A DNA stretch of 64,000 bases, taken from an uncultured Clostridia bacterium. Lineage in GTDB: Bacteria > Bacillota > Clostridia > Oscillospirales > CAG-272. The position numbers and the translations under genes were made by a program. The stretch is taken from assembly GCA_944381115.1 (NCBI GenBank), contig CALWJV010000002.1, forward strand, positions 26,800 through 90,799, in the 5' to 3' direction. Within the stretch, counting starts at the first letter, position 1, and each line of letters begins with the position of its first letter. Shown one piece after another: positions 19,398-31,114 of this stretch. The notes under the pieces are model-generated. The model searched no databases and was not told where the DNA came from. It was given only the letters and a program-made list of their open reading frames with translations.

Positions 19398-20449
19398 AAG
19401 AATATTCCTCCTATAAGACCGACAACCGTAGCAACAACCGTAAAAAGTCCCGATGCTGCTATCGCAAGTTTTTTTATACTTATAGGGAGTCTTCCGTAAA
19501 TCTTTCCGGTATACCCATTCATCGCATATGTATACATTTTATTTTTTGTTCTGTAATTCAATATCCATACCGGCATAAGTGAATATTCCCAGTTACATCG
19601 GGCGATCGCAAGTTTATTTTCCGACACTGAAACCGATGAATAACCTCCGATCGTATCTCTTAAAAGTGTAAAAGCATAATTGTTCATTCTTGCTTTTACC
19701 TCTTCAAAGATCTTATCCCGTTCAATATCTCTCTTTTTTGCGGCAAATCCGGAAAGATACGACATATTAAATGGCTGAAGGGAGTCAGACGGATACGGCA
19801 ATATACCTTCCAGCATTTCTTTATCATCTTCTGAAAACGCGGATGTCACTATATCTTCAAAATGAATATATCCTGCTCTTTCAACACGGTATCTTGATGT
19901 TTCGGTATATTGCTTGTTCCCAACGCGCCATGTTCTTATTTTAGTTGCATCTGCATTCATAGACCCGTTTGTATCTGCATCTACTACCCAAAAAGGATAA
20001 TAAATTCCGGCAATTTTCTCAGCATGTTTTTTTGAAGTAAAATCTTTAGGCAAAAACCATCTCTTTTTTACAAACTTTAAAAATTTGTTTTGTGCCTCTT
20101 CTTTACCGTATTTGAAAGGTATTACTTTATCCGGCTTCATCTGCCCGGAAAGTTTTCCCTTAAGGATTACCGGACTGTCACAGTAAATACAAATCCCTGC
20201 TGCTGTATTTTCGTCGACTGAAATTTCAGCTCCGCAGTTTGTACATGTGTATTCGTTGATATGATCGCAGTATTCAGCATCAGCCTTTGCTTTTTGATCT
20301 TTAATGTAGCCGGCACCGGTTGCTTCTATTTCGTCGCCTGTAAACTCCGATTCGCAAAATTCGCAGCAAAGTTTTTGCTTATCTGAATTAAAATAAAGTT
20401 CCGCACCGCAGTTTGGGCAGTTGTATGTAACCGTTACGGTCCCATTCAT
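19394..20449 (-). CDS. double zinc-ribbon protein with a C-terminal membrane anchor (YdjG-like architecture)
   Basis: Two CxxC..CxxC ribbons ('CPNCGAE..CEFC', 'CTNCGAE..CIYC') and the C-terminal TM 'LAIAASGLFTVVATVVGLIGGIFL'. I prefer ATG 20449 (GGAG 7 nt upstream) to 20467. Confidence 0.55.
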   Translation of the reverse strand: MNGTVTVTYNCPNCGAELYFNSDKQKLCCEFCESEFTGDEIEATGAGYIKDQKAKADAEYCDHINEYTCTNCGAEISVDENTAAGICIYCDSPVILKGKLSGQMKPDKVIPFKYGKEEAQNKFLKFVKKRWFLPKDFTSKKHAEKIAGIYYPFWVVDADTNGSMNADATKIRTWRVGNKQYTETSRYRVERAGYIHFEDIVTSAFSEDDKEMLEGILPYPSDSLQPFNMSYLSGFAAKKRDIERDKIFEEVKARMNNYAFTLLRDTIGGYSSVSVSENKLAIARCNWEYSLMPVWILNYRTKNKMYTYAMNGYTGKIYGRLPISIKKLAIAASGLFTVVATVVGLIGGIFL

Positions 20450-20492
20450 ATTAATTCTCCAAACCATATATTATATTTGATTTAACATTTTA

Positions 20493-20521
20493 ATTTTATC
20501 ACACAAATACTTTTTTTTCAA
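20493..20521 (-). promoter_or_regulatory. sigma-A-type promoter upstream of the zinc-ribbon/TPM/nfnAB genes
   Basis: Minus strand: TTGAAA, 17 nt, TAAAAT, with a TGn extended -10 (tgtgaTAAAAT). Confidence 0.5.
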
Positions 20522-20684
20522 TACTTTATTGTATTTTTATTTTAAACAATACGTAAACATATTTTTTCCTTAAATAGCCGCATATTAATAAATTTTACTT
20601 TATTATTTTTTTTTATTCATTAAATGTACTTTATTTTGTGTTATACTTTATTTGTAGAACATTATTTTTGAAAGGAATTAAAAA

Positions 20685-21398
20685 ATGTTTTTTTTTGACT
20701 ACACTTATCTTATTATTTTACCTGCGTTTATTTTTGCTCTATGGGCAAGCGCAAGGGTTAATTCAACTTTTAAAAAATACAGTAAAGTATACTGTCCGAG
20801 CGGGTACACTGCGGCAATGGCGGCAAGAACCGTTCTTGATAAAAATGGACTTTATCATGTTAGAATAGAGCATATTGCCGGAAATCTTACCGATCACTAC
20901 GACCCCAGGGAAAATGTTATCAGACTTTCCGATTCTGTTTATAACTCCTGCTCTGCTGCCGCTATAGGTGTTGCATGCCATGAGGCCGGACATGCGGTAC
21001 AGCATGCTGAAAACTATTTACCAATAAAAATACGTCAAGCACTTGTTCCGATAACTAATATAGGCTCTCAAATAGGAATTTGGCTGTTTTTCTTGGGAGT
21101 TCTTTTTGCGGCTTTTTCAGAAACATTCGTTTTTATCGCATATATCGGAGTCGCTCTTTTCTCATTTACGGCTCTTTTTCAACTTGTAACACTACCTACT
21201 GAGTATAATGCCAGCAGCAGAGCAATGAAGGCAATACGACAAACCGGTATTTTGGATGAAACATCACAAAATGCCGCAAAAAAAGTTTTAAACGCCGCAG
21301 CTCTTACCTATGTTGCCGCACTTGCAGTTTCAGTAAGCCAACTTTTACGTCTTCTCCTCATCCTTATGCGTATAGGCGGAAACAGACGCAACGACTGA
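20685..21398 (+). CDS. YugP-type membrane zinc metallopeptidase
   Basis: 237 aa with an N-terminal TM, 'HEAGHAVQH' and C-terminal TM helices. This architecture matches the Zn_peptidase_2/YugP family. Confidence 0.8.
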   Translation: MFFFDYTYLIILPAFIFALWASARVNSTFKKYSKVYCPSGYTAAMAARTVLDKNGLYHVRIEHIAGNLTDHYDPRENVIRLSDSVYNSCSAAAIGVACHEAGHAVQHAENYLPIKIRQALVPITNIGSQIGIWLFFLGVLFAAFSETFVFIAYIGVALFSFTALFQLVTLPTEYNASSRAMKAIRQTGILDETSQNAAKKVLNAAALTYVAALAVSVSQLLRLLLILMRIGGNRRND

Positions 21399-21481
21399 TC
21401 AAAGCAATAAGTATAGGAATAATGAATTTTGTAATTTAATCTTTGCAAAAATACCATTCAATAAAAGAAAGGCAGATAAAT

Positions 21482-21994
21482 ATGGACTTTTTACAGTTAA
21501 CCAAAGACCGTTTTTCGCTTAGAAAATTTGACGGAAGACCGCTTAAAGACGAAGATATTGAAGCAATTCTTTCAGCAGCAAAATTTGCACCAACTGCTAA
21601 AAATTTGCAACCGCAAAAGATATTTGTTTTAAAAAGCGAAGCCTCAATTGAAAAACTTAATAACTGCACACGCTGCGGGTTTGGAACAAAAACCGCTTTT
21701 CTGATTTGCTACGATAAAAACGAATGCTGGAAACGCATTCCGGACGGTGCCGAAAGCGGAATTCTTGATATGGGGATCGTTGCAACACATATGATGTTGC
21801 AGGCAACTGCCATCGGTGCTGGAACAACTATGGTCATGCTTTTTGACTTGCAAAAGACTGTACAGGAATTTGATCTGCCTGAAAATATTATCCCCGTATG
21901 TTTTCTTGTCGCTGGGTACCCGGCAAAGGACGCCGAACCTTCGGAGAGACATTTAGTAAGAAAAAATATCGAAAACTTTACAAAAGAAATTTAA
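21482..21994 (+). CDS. nitroreductase family protein
   Basis: 'RFSLRKFDGRPLKDEDIEAILSAAKFAPTAKNLQP' is a typical nitroreductase N-terminus. The start is set at the internal ATG 21482. Confidence 0.8.
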   Translation: MDFLQLTKDRFSLRKFDGRPLKDEDIEAILSAAKFAPTAKNLQPQKIFVLKSEASIEKLNNCTRCGFGTKTAFLICYDKNECWKRIPDGAESGILDMGIVATHMMLQATAIGAGTTMVMLFDLQKTVQEFDLPENIIPVCFLVAGYPAKDAEPSERHLVRKNIENFTKEI

Positions 21995-22047
21995 ATTTTG
22001 CTCAATTTCAAAAAAGAGAAAATTTCAAAACGAAATTTTTTCTTTTT

Positions 22048-22998
22048 TTATATATCCACCCTGTTTCTTATCTCACCGTTAAAAAAGGCGGTAATATTTT
22101 TAAGCATTTCTTTGATTAAACGTACCCTTGATTCATATGCTCCCCAAGCATTATGAGGTGTAAAAATAACATTTTTATAATCTTTAATTCTATTATATGG
22201 TGAATTTTCTGCCATAGGTTCAGCCGAATAAACGTCAGTTGCAAGTCCGCTGATCTTTCCCTCTTCAAGCGCTTTTACAACCGCTTCTTCGTCAAATATG
22301 GCTCCCCTTGCGGTATTTACGAGAATCAAACCGGGTCTTGCCTTTGAAAGCACTTTTTCGCATACCGAACCGCGGGTTTCATCATTTAACGGAGTATGGA
22401 CCGAGATTATATCAGATTTTTCAAAAAGTTCGTCAAGTCCTACGCATTCAATATCATTTTCATATGTTCTTTTACAGGCAATTACCTTACATCCAAAGGC
22501 TTTTGCTATCTGACCTACTTTTCTACCGATATTTCCGTAACCGTATATTCCCCATGTTTTGCCGCTCAGTTCATATACGACCGGACTAAGGCAATTCTGT
22601 ACCCCGCTTTCGGTATACTTTCCGCTTTTACAATAATTATCATATTCACTCAAATGACAAACAAGTGACAGTACATAACTGACGGTAAGCTGTGCTACTG
22701 AATCAGTGGAATAACCTTTTACATTACAGACTGCAATACCTTTTTCTCTTGCATAACCAAGATCAACATTATCAAATCCTGTGGCGGCTATACAGATAAG
22801 TTTTAATTTTTCGGCTCCGCAAAGATTACTTTTATTAAGTTTTACCTTGTTTATGATCACAACATCTGCGTTTTTTATTCTAATTGCAACCTCATTTTCT
22901 GCGGTTGATCTGTAAACAGTTTTTTCCCCAATTTTGTCAAATATATTTAAATCAATATCATCTCCAAGAGTCCCGGCATCAAGCAGTACTATATTCAT
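22048..22998 (-). CDS. D-isomer-specific 2-hydroxyacid dehydrogenase (glycerate dehydrogenase-like)
   Basis: NAD motif 'GIYGYGNIGRKVG', 'NTARG' and a catalytic His in 'TPHNAW'. ATG 22998 has GAGGG 8 nt upstream and follows the pdp stop by 4 nt. Confidence 0.85.
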   Translation of the reverse strand: MNIVLLDAGTLGDDIDLNIFDKIGEKTVYRSTAENEVAIRIKNADVVIINKVKLNKSNLCGAEKLKLICIAATGFDNVDLGYAREKGIAVCNVKGYSTDSVAQLTVSYVLSLVCHLSEYDNYCKSGKYTESGVQNCLSPVVYELSGKTWGIYGYGNIGRKVGQIAKAFGCKVIACKRTYENDIECVGLDELFEKSDIISVHTPLNDETRGSVCEKVLSKARPGLILVNTARGAIFDEEAVVKALEEGKISGLATDVYSAEPMAENSPYNRIKDYKNVIFTPHNAWGAYESRVRLIKEMLKNITAFFNGEIRNRVDI

Positions 22999-23002
22999 AA
23001 AT

Positions 23003-24322
23003 TTAACCCTCAAAATCCATTTTCACTAATGTTTCAAAAATAAGAGGTCTTTTCTCCCTCCGCTTTTCCGAAATTACGGTTGATGCGAGTAGCCTTTCTT
23101 CGGAACTGTCAAACAGATTCTGATCATTTGCATAAAGGACCGCAATTACATCACCTTTTTTCACGTAATCTCCGGTTTTCTTACGTAGAATAATTCCGGC
23201 AGTACTGTCGATCTTGTCGTCTTTTTTATTTCTTCCCGCACCGAGAAGCAGCGCCGACATACCATATCCTTCAGCGTCAACTGAAGTTATATATCCTTCC
23301 TCTTCGACAGTTATATTTCTGCTGTATTTTGCTTTTGGAAATTTATCCGTATCTTTTATTAGTTCGGTATCTCCGCCCTGTGCTTTTACCATCTTTATAA
23401 AAGTCTGCAGGGCCTTTCCGTCTTTCAGTGACATTCTTACTTTTTTTTCACATTCTTTATAACTGCCATTTCCTGCAAGGTATAAAATATTTGCCGAAAG
23501 CGCTACAGAAAGTTCGGTAAGATCTTCGGGACCGTTTCCCTTAAGTGTTTCAATTGCCTCAATAACTTCAAGAGAGTTACCTATGGTATTTCCCAGCGGT
23601 TTATCCATATCGGTTATCAGTGCCGCAATCCTCTTACCGGCTCTTACACCTATATCAACCATGATTTTAGCAAGTTCACGGCTTTCTTCAATATTTTTCA
23701 TAAAGGCACCGCTTCCTGTTTTGACATCAAGTACTATACAGTCATCATCGGCGGCAAGTTTTTTCCCCATTATACTTGATGCTATGAGAGGAAGACTGTC
23801 AACAGTTGCTGTGACATCGCGCAAAGCATAAAGCATTTTATCAGCAGGAGCAAGTTCGGCACTCTGACTTACAACCGCAATTCCTGTATCATTGACTGTC
23901 TTTTCAAATTCTTCTTCCGAAAGTTCTGTATTAAATCCGGTAATTGATTCAAGTTTATCAATTGTGCCACCGGTATGCCCAAGTCCTCTTCCGCTCATTT
24001 TGGCAACAGTAACGCCAAGACTTGCCACGGTAGGTGCTACTATAAGCGTCGTTTTGTCACCCACACCTCCTGTTGAATGCTTATCAGCCTTTATCCCTTT
24101 TATTCCAGAAAGATCGAGTTTTTCACCGGATTCGCATATTGCTTTTGTTAAAGAAAAAGTCTCCTCCGCGCTCATTCCTTTAAAAAATATCGCCATACAA
24201 AGTGCAGATGCCTGATAATCGGGAATCTCTCCTTTAACATACCTGTTTATAAAGAAAAAAATTTCTTCTTTACTGAGTTCCATACCGTCTCTTTTTTTCT
24301 TGATTATATCGTACATCCTCAT
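23003..24322 (-). CDS. pdp: pyrimidine-nucleoside (thymidine) phosphorylase
   Basis: 439 aa with 'DKHSTGGVGDKTT' and 'GRGLGHTGGTIDKLE'. Confidence 0.9.
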   Translation of the reverse strand: MRMYDIIKKKRDGMELSKEEIFFFINRYVKGEIPDYQASALCMAIFFKGMSAEETFSLTKAICESGEKLDLSGIKGIKADKHSTGGVGDKTTLIVAPTVASLGVTVAKMSGRGLGHTGGTIDKLESITGFNTELSEEEFEKTVNDTGIAVVSQSAELAPADKMLYALRDVTATVDSLPLIASSIMGKKLAADDDCIVLDVKTGSGAFMKNIEESRELAKIMVDIGVRAGKRIAALITDMDKPLGNTIGNSLEVIEAIETLKGNGPEDLTELSVALSANILYLAGNGSYKECEKKVRMSLKDGKALQTFIKMVKAQGGDTELIKDTDKFPKAKYSRNITVEEEGYITSVDAEGYGMSALLLGAGRNKKDDKIDSTAGIILRKKTGDYVKKGDVIAVLYANDQNLFDSSEERLLASTVISEKRREKRPLIFETLVKMDFEG

Positions 24323-24366
24323 ATTTTTTTACTCCATGCAGTTTAAGATAAAAAATTTTACTTAAC

Positions 24367-24789
24367 TTATAAAACGGATTTATCAAATGTAAACGGTAAA
24401 AGTTCATTTAATCCGTATTCTTTTATCTCTTCTTTATCTTTAAGTATAATTTTAAATCCGTTTTTGCAAAACTCCGACATTACCTGCCTGCATGTACCGC
24501 AGGGGTAACAAATAACAAAATTATCGCTTCCTTTTGATGTAAGTTCTTCTTTTCCTCCTACGATTGCAATTTTAACAAAGTTTTTTTCACCTTCGCTTAC
24601 CGCTTTGAAAAAAGCGGTTCTTTCAGCACAAACGCTCTCTCCGTAAGATGCATTTTCTATATTACATCCGGTATATATTCTTCCCTCTTCCGTAACCAGT
24701 ACCGCACCAACCTTAAATCCGGAATATGGTGCATATGCGTTTTCTCTTGCTTTTATTGCCAAACGTATCATTTCTTCGTTACTTATCAT
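24367..24789 (-). CDS. cdd: cytidine deaminase
   Basis: 140 aa with zinc motifs 'CAERTA' and 'PCGTCRQ'. Confidence 0.9.
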   Translation of the reverse strand: MISNEEMIRLAIKARENAYAPYSGFKVGAVLVTEEGRIYTGCNIENASYGESVCAERTAFFKAVSEGEKNFVKIAIVGGKEELTSKGSDNFVICYPCGTCRQVMSEFCKNGFKIILKDKEEIKEYGLNELLPFTFDKSVL

Positions 24790-24858
24790 GATATTTCCTT
24801 TTTTAAAACTTATATTTTTATATCTTCAATTCATTTTTATGTTCTCTAGAAAATACTT

Positions 24859-26019
24859 TCAGATCAGATCTTTATAAAAACTTTTACCTGCGGTCCTTCC
24901 TTTCTTAAGACCAAAAATATCAAGAACTGTAGCCGAAATATCTGAAAAACTTTCTCGGATACCGAGATTTACCCCATTTTTTATATTATTACCGCATATT
25001 AAAATAGGAGTATATTCTCTTGAATGATCCGTAGAAGGGGTTGACGGATCACATCCGTGGTCTGCAGTGATTATTAAAAAATCTTCTTTTTTTATTTCCA
25101 ACAAAAGTTCGGAAAGTCCAGTATCAAATTCGCTTAAAGCACGGGCGTATCCACCAACATCATTCCTGTGTCCGTAAATACTGTCAAAATCAACGAGATT
25201 TACAAAACAAATACCGCAAAATTCTCTTTTTGCAATTTCAAGCGTCTTTGCCATACCATCAGCATTGCTTTTTGTAGGATTGCTCTCCGTTATTCCTTTT
25301 CCGGCAAAAATATCGTTGATCTTTCCTACCGAAATAACGGAAAGTCCGCTTCCTTTTATAATATCCAGCATGGTAGTTTTTGGCGGAACCAAAGAGTAAT
25401 CATGACGATAAGGTGTCCTTTTATAAGGATATTCTCCCGTAAAAGGTCTTGCAATTACTCTTCCCACAGCATTCTTTCCTTTTAATATTTCTCTTGCAAT
25501 TTTACAGTATCGGTAAAGTTCTTCTGTAGGTATCACTCCGTCATGTGCGGCAATTTGAAAAACACTGTCTGAAGATGTGTATACTATCAAATCTCCTGTC
25601 TTTATATGCTCTTTTCCATAGTCCTTTATTACTTCTGTCCCGGAATACGGCTTGTTACAAAGTACTTTTCTTCCGGTCTTTTTTTCAAATTCTTTTATGA
25701 TCTCTTCAGGAAATCCGTCCGGATAAGTCGGCAAAGGTGTTTTTGAAATAATTCCGGCTATCTCCCAGTGCCCTATTGTTGTATCTTTTCCCATTGATCT
25801 CTCTCTCATTTTTCCATATGCGCCAATAGGATCTTTAACTCCTCCGCTAAACCCGTCTATATTGAAAAGTCCGAGTTTTTTTAGAGTCGGAACAGAAAAA
25901 TCCAGGTGCTCTGATATCGCTTTCAGCGTATTGCTTCCTTCATCGTTCCAAAGGTGTGCATCCGGTAACTCCCCGACTCCCAAACTGTCAAGCACTATCA
26001 AAAATACTCTTTTTTTCAT
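24859..26019 (-). CDS. deoB: phosphopentomutase
   Basis: 386 aa with 'VFLIVLDSLGVGELPDA' and 'TADHGCDP'. Confidence 0.9.
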   Translation of the reverse strand: MKKRVFLIVLDSLGVGELPDAHLWNDEGSNTLKAISEHLDFSVPTLKKLGLFNIDGFSGGVKDPIGAYGKMRERSMGKDTTIGHWEIAGIISKTPLPTYPDGFPEEIIKEFEKKTGRKVLCNKPYSGTEVIKDYGKEHIKTGDLIVYTSSDSVFQIAAHDGVIPTEELYRYCKIAREILKGKNAVGRVIARPFTGEYPYKRTPYRHDYSLVPPKTTMLDIIKGSGLSVISVGKINDIFAGKGITESNPTKSNADGMAKTLEIAKREFCGICFVNLVDFDSIYGHRNDVGGYARALSEFDTGLSELLLEIKKEDFLIITADHGCDPSTPSTDHSREYTPILICGNNIKNGVNLGIRESFSDISATVLDIFGLKKGRTAGKSFYKDLI

Positions 26020-26062
26020 TTTAACTTTTCCTTATGATTTTATTAACATCGTCAAAATTTTT

Positions 26063-26773
26063 TTATGCAATATTCAATGCTATTTCCATCATTTTTGTAA
26101 ATGAAGTCTCTCTTTCTTCTGCGGTTGTGTTTTCCTTTGGATATACAAAAGAATCACTTACAGTACAAATACAAAGTGCCCTTTTCCCTGCTCGCGCAGC
26201 GTTACAGTAAAGAGCTGCGGATTCCATTTCAACACCTAAAACTCCCATTTTTGCCCACTGCATTCCTGAATTTGAATCGTCATAAAATGTATCCGAGGAT
26301 AAAATATTACCGACTTTGTAATTGATCCCCATTTTTTCACATTCCAAAACTGCGGCTTTAATTAAATCAAAATCCCCAATAGGACAAAATGTCCCCGGCA
26401 AACCGTATTGTGATGCATAATTTCCGTTTGTACAGGCTCCCATTGCAATTATTATATCTCTTGCATGGAGTTCAGCCGAAAAAGAACCGCATGATCCTAC
26501 CCTAATTATGTTTTCAACTCCGTAATAATTATAAAGTTCGTAAGAATATATTCCGATCGATGGCTGCCCCATACCGGATGCCATTACTGATACCTTTTTT
26601 CCCTTATATTTTCCGGTATACCCTTGAACTCCTCGTACATTGTTTACAAGTACGGCGTTTTCAATGTAAGTCTCCGCAATAAACTTTGCCCGAAGAGGGT
26701 CCCCGGGCATCAGTACTGTTTTTGCAAAATCTCCGGGTTTTGCATTAATGTGAGGCGTAGGTGTATTATTCAT
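26063..26773 (-). CDS. deoD: purine nucleoside phosphorylase, DeoD type
   Basis: 236 aa with 'TPHINAKPGDFAKTVLMPGDPLRAKFIAE' and 'VEMESAALY'. Confidence 0.9.
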   Translation of the reverse strand: MNNTPTPHINAKPGDFAKTVLMPGDPLRAKFIAETYIENAVLVNNVRGVQGYTGKYKGKKVSVMASGMGQPSIGIYSYELYNYYGVENIIRVGSCGSFSAELHARDIIIAMGACTNGNYASQYGLPGTFCPIGDFDLIKAAVLECEKMGINYKVGNILSSDTFYDDSNSGMQWAKMGVLGVEMESAALYCNAARAGKRALCICTVSDSFVYPKENTTAEERETSFTKMMEIALNIA

Positions 26774-26798
26774 ATTTCTTCCTTTCTCAGTAGGCTTT

Positions 26799-27470
26799 TT
26801 AATCCTGACTGTCTTTGTTTTTTACAATCTTTACTATTTTGCTTGTCCCAAGTCTTTCAGCACCCGATCTTATAAAATCTTCGGCGTCTTTTATGCTTGA
26901 TATACCGCCTGCCGCTTTGATTTTTACGTTTTTACCGACATTTTCTCTCATAAGTTCAACCCCGTGTAAAGTTGCTCCCTCGTAAGAAAATCCGGTTGAG
27001 GTCTTGATAAAATCCGCTCCGGACTCGGTAACGATTTTACATATTTTTTTTATCTCTTCATCGGTAAGTAAGCATGTTTCGATAATCACCTTTAAAATTC
27101 TATCTCCACAAACTTTTTTAAGCGCCGAAAGTTCCGACAAAATTTTACCGTATTCCCCGCTTTTAAGATCTCCGATATTTATAACGGTATCTAATTCGTC
27201 TGCTCCGTTTTTAATGGCATCCTCCGCTTCAAAACACTTAACTGCCGCCGTATTATATCCGTTCGGAAAACCGATAACAGTACAAATCTTTATTTTATCG
27301 CCTACATAATTTTTAACCGCTTTTACATAAAAAGGCGGAATACAGACAGATGCCGCTCTGTACTTGATTCCTTCATCACAAAGTAATTTTATTTCATCAA
27401 GTGTCGCTGTGGATTTAAGACATGTGTGGTCACATTTTGAAAGTATTTCTTTTATTTCCAATGTAAGCAC
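26799..27470 (-). CDS. deoC: deoxyribose-phosphate aldolase
   Basis: 223 aa with 'DHTCLK', the Schiff-base Lys context 'DFIKTSTGF' and 'IKAAGGI'. The true start may be TTG 27461 (better RBS spacing) rather than GTG 27470. Confidence 0.9.
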   Translation of the reverse strand: MLTLEIKEILSKCDHTCLKSTATLDEIKLLCDEGIKYRAASVCIPPFYVKAVKNYVGDKIKICTVIGFPNGYNTAAVKCFEAEDAIKNGADELDTVINIGDLKSGEYGKILSELSALKKVCGDRILKVIIETCLLTDEEIKKICKIVTESGADFIKTSTGFSYEGATLHGVELMRENVGKNVKIKAAGGISSIKDAEDFIRSGAERLGTSKIVKIVKNKDSQD

Positions 27471-27491
27471 CTTCCCTTCAATTATATTTAT

Positions 27492-27520
27492 ATTCTAACA
27501 AATTACAACTTAAAATGCAA
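27492..27520 (-). promoter_or_regulatory. sigma-A-type promoter of the deo operon
   Basis: Minus strand: TTGCAT, 17 nt, TAGAAT, ~25 nt upstream of the deoC start. Confidence 0.5.
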
Positions 27521-27577
27521 TACATAAGTTTTAAATTTATTTTTTTGTTAAAACAATATATTTACCTATTTAATATT

Positions 27578-27613
27578 AAAAAACGGATATCTCCATATAT
27601 CCGGAGACATCCG
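27578..27613 (-). terminator. terminator downstream of the sugar kinase gene
   Basis: Stem cggatatctcc / ggagacatccg (10 of 11 bp), followed on the minus strand by TTTTTT. Confidence 0.55.
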
Positions 27614-27714
27614 CTTTATATTTTAAGTTCCTTACATGCCCAATGCCATTTTTATTTAAAAATATAACATGTTACTGGCGAAAATCTTTATTTAGTTACT
27701 GTTAAAAAATTCTG

Positions 27715-28812
27715 TCAGCGTTGTACTCTGGCACCTTTTCCTCCGATTATATTTTCGACTTCTTTAAGAGATGCCATTGAAGTATCCCCGGGAGTTGTCA
27801 TGGCGAGCGCACCGTGTGCAATACCGTAGTTTACTGCCTCCGATGCCGGTTTCCCGCTCATAAGTCCATATATAAGTCCAGATGCAAAACTGTCTCCGCC
27901 GCCTACACGGTCATATATTTCAAGTCCGGGAAGTTCTATTCCCTTATGTATCTGTCCGTCTGCCCAACAAATTGCACTCCAGTCATTTACCGTAGCGGTT
28001 TTTACTGTTCGGAGCGTCGTTGCAACAACTTTGAAATTGGGATATATTTTTGTTGCCGCCTCAATCATTTTATAATATCCTTCGATATTTAGTTTTTTGA
28101 GGTTTCCGTCGTTTCCTTCTACCTCAAGTCCGAGACATGCGGTAAAGTCCTCTTCGTTGCCTATCATGACATCAATATATTTTGCAATCTCTTTGTTTAC
28201 CTCCTGTGCCTTTGCCTGACCTCCTATTCCTTTCCAAAGTGACGGACGGTAATTAAGGTCATACGATACAACAGTTCCGTATTTTTTTGCTGCTTTTACT
28301 GCCTCAATTACAACCGCTGCCGCTGTTTCACTGAGTGCGGCAAAAATTCCGCCGGTATGGAGCCAACGGACACCAAGTGTACCAAATATGTAATTCCAAT
28401 CTATATCTCCGGGCTTGAGTTTTGATGCAGCAGTATTTCCCCTGTCTGATACACCTACTGCTCCTCTTACTCCGTAACCTCTTTCAGTAAAGTTAATACC
28501 GTTACGTACCGTTCTTCCTATCCCGTCATATGGCATCCATTTGATAAGTGAGGTATCAACACCGCCTTGAAGAATAAAATCTTCCATAAGGTATCCAAGT
28601 TCATTTTCTGCAAAAGCAGTAACAACACTTGTCTTCATGCCAAAGCAACGGCGAAGTCCTCTTGCAACGTTATACTCTCCTCCACCTTCCCATGCACGGA
28701 AAGAACGTGCGCATTTTATCCTTCCGTCTCCGGGATCAAGCCTGAGCATGATTTCACCAAGCGAAATTTCATCAAACTTGCAATTTTCCTTTGGTCTTAA
28801 ATTCAAATCCAT
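27715..28812 (-). CDS. PfkB/ribokinase-family sugar kinase (2-keto-3-deoxygluconate kinase-like, long form)
   Basis: 365 aa with 'GGGEYNVARGL' near the N-terminus and a C-terminal 'GGGDSFASGLIYG' anion-hole motif. Confidence 0.75.
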   Translation of the reverse strand: MDLNLRPKENCKFDEISLGEIMLRLDPGDGRIKCARSFRAWEGGGEYNVARGLRRCFGMKTSVVTAFAENELGYLMEDFILQGGVDTSLIKWMPYDGIGRTVRNGINFTERGYGVRGAVGVSDRGNTAASKLKPGDIDWNYIFGTLGVRWLHTGGIFAALSETAAAVVIEAVKAAKKYGTVVSYDLNYRPSLWKGIGGQAKAQEVNKEIAKYIDVMIGNEEDFTACLGLEVEGNDGNLKKLNIEGYYKMIEAATKIYPNFKVVATTLRTVKTATVNDWSAICWADGQIHKGIELPGLEIYDRVGGGDSFASGLIYGLMSGKPASEAVNYGIAHGALAMTTPGDTSMASLKEVENIIGGKGARVQR

Positions 28813-28983
28813 TTGTTTTCCCCCTAAATTCTGTTTTTTATTTGTTTTTTCTAATTCAATTATTCAAATTATATCACAATTTTTTGAAAAAATCAAGTTT
28901 AATTTACAAAAATTATTTTGATGCTTTACTTATTTTTATAATAAAAATAAATTATAAAAAATTAATAAAAAATTATACATTAA

Positions 28984-31044
<2,061 letters not shown>

Positions 31045-31114
31045 AATTACTTCCCTGATAAATATTTTAATATTAGTTTTTAAAACCCGACAATATATAT
31101 TAACGGAGAAAAAT

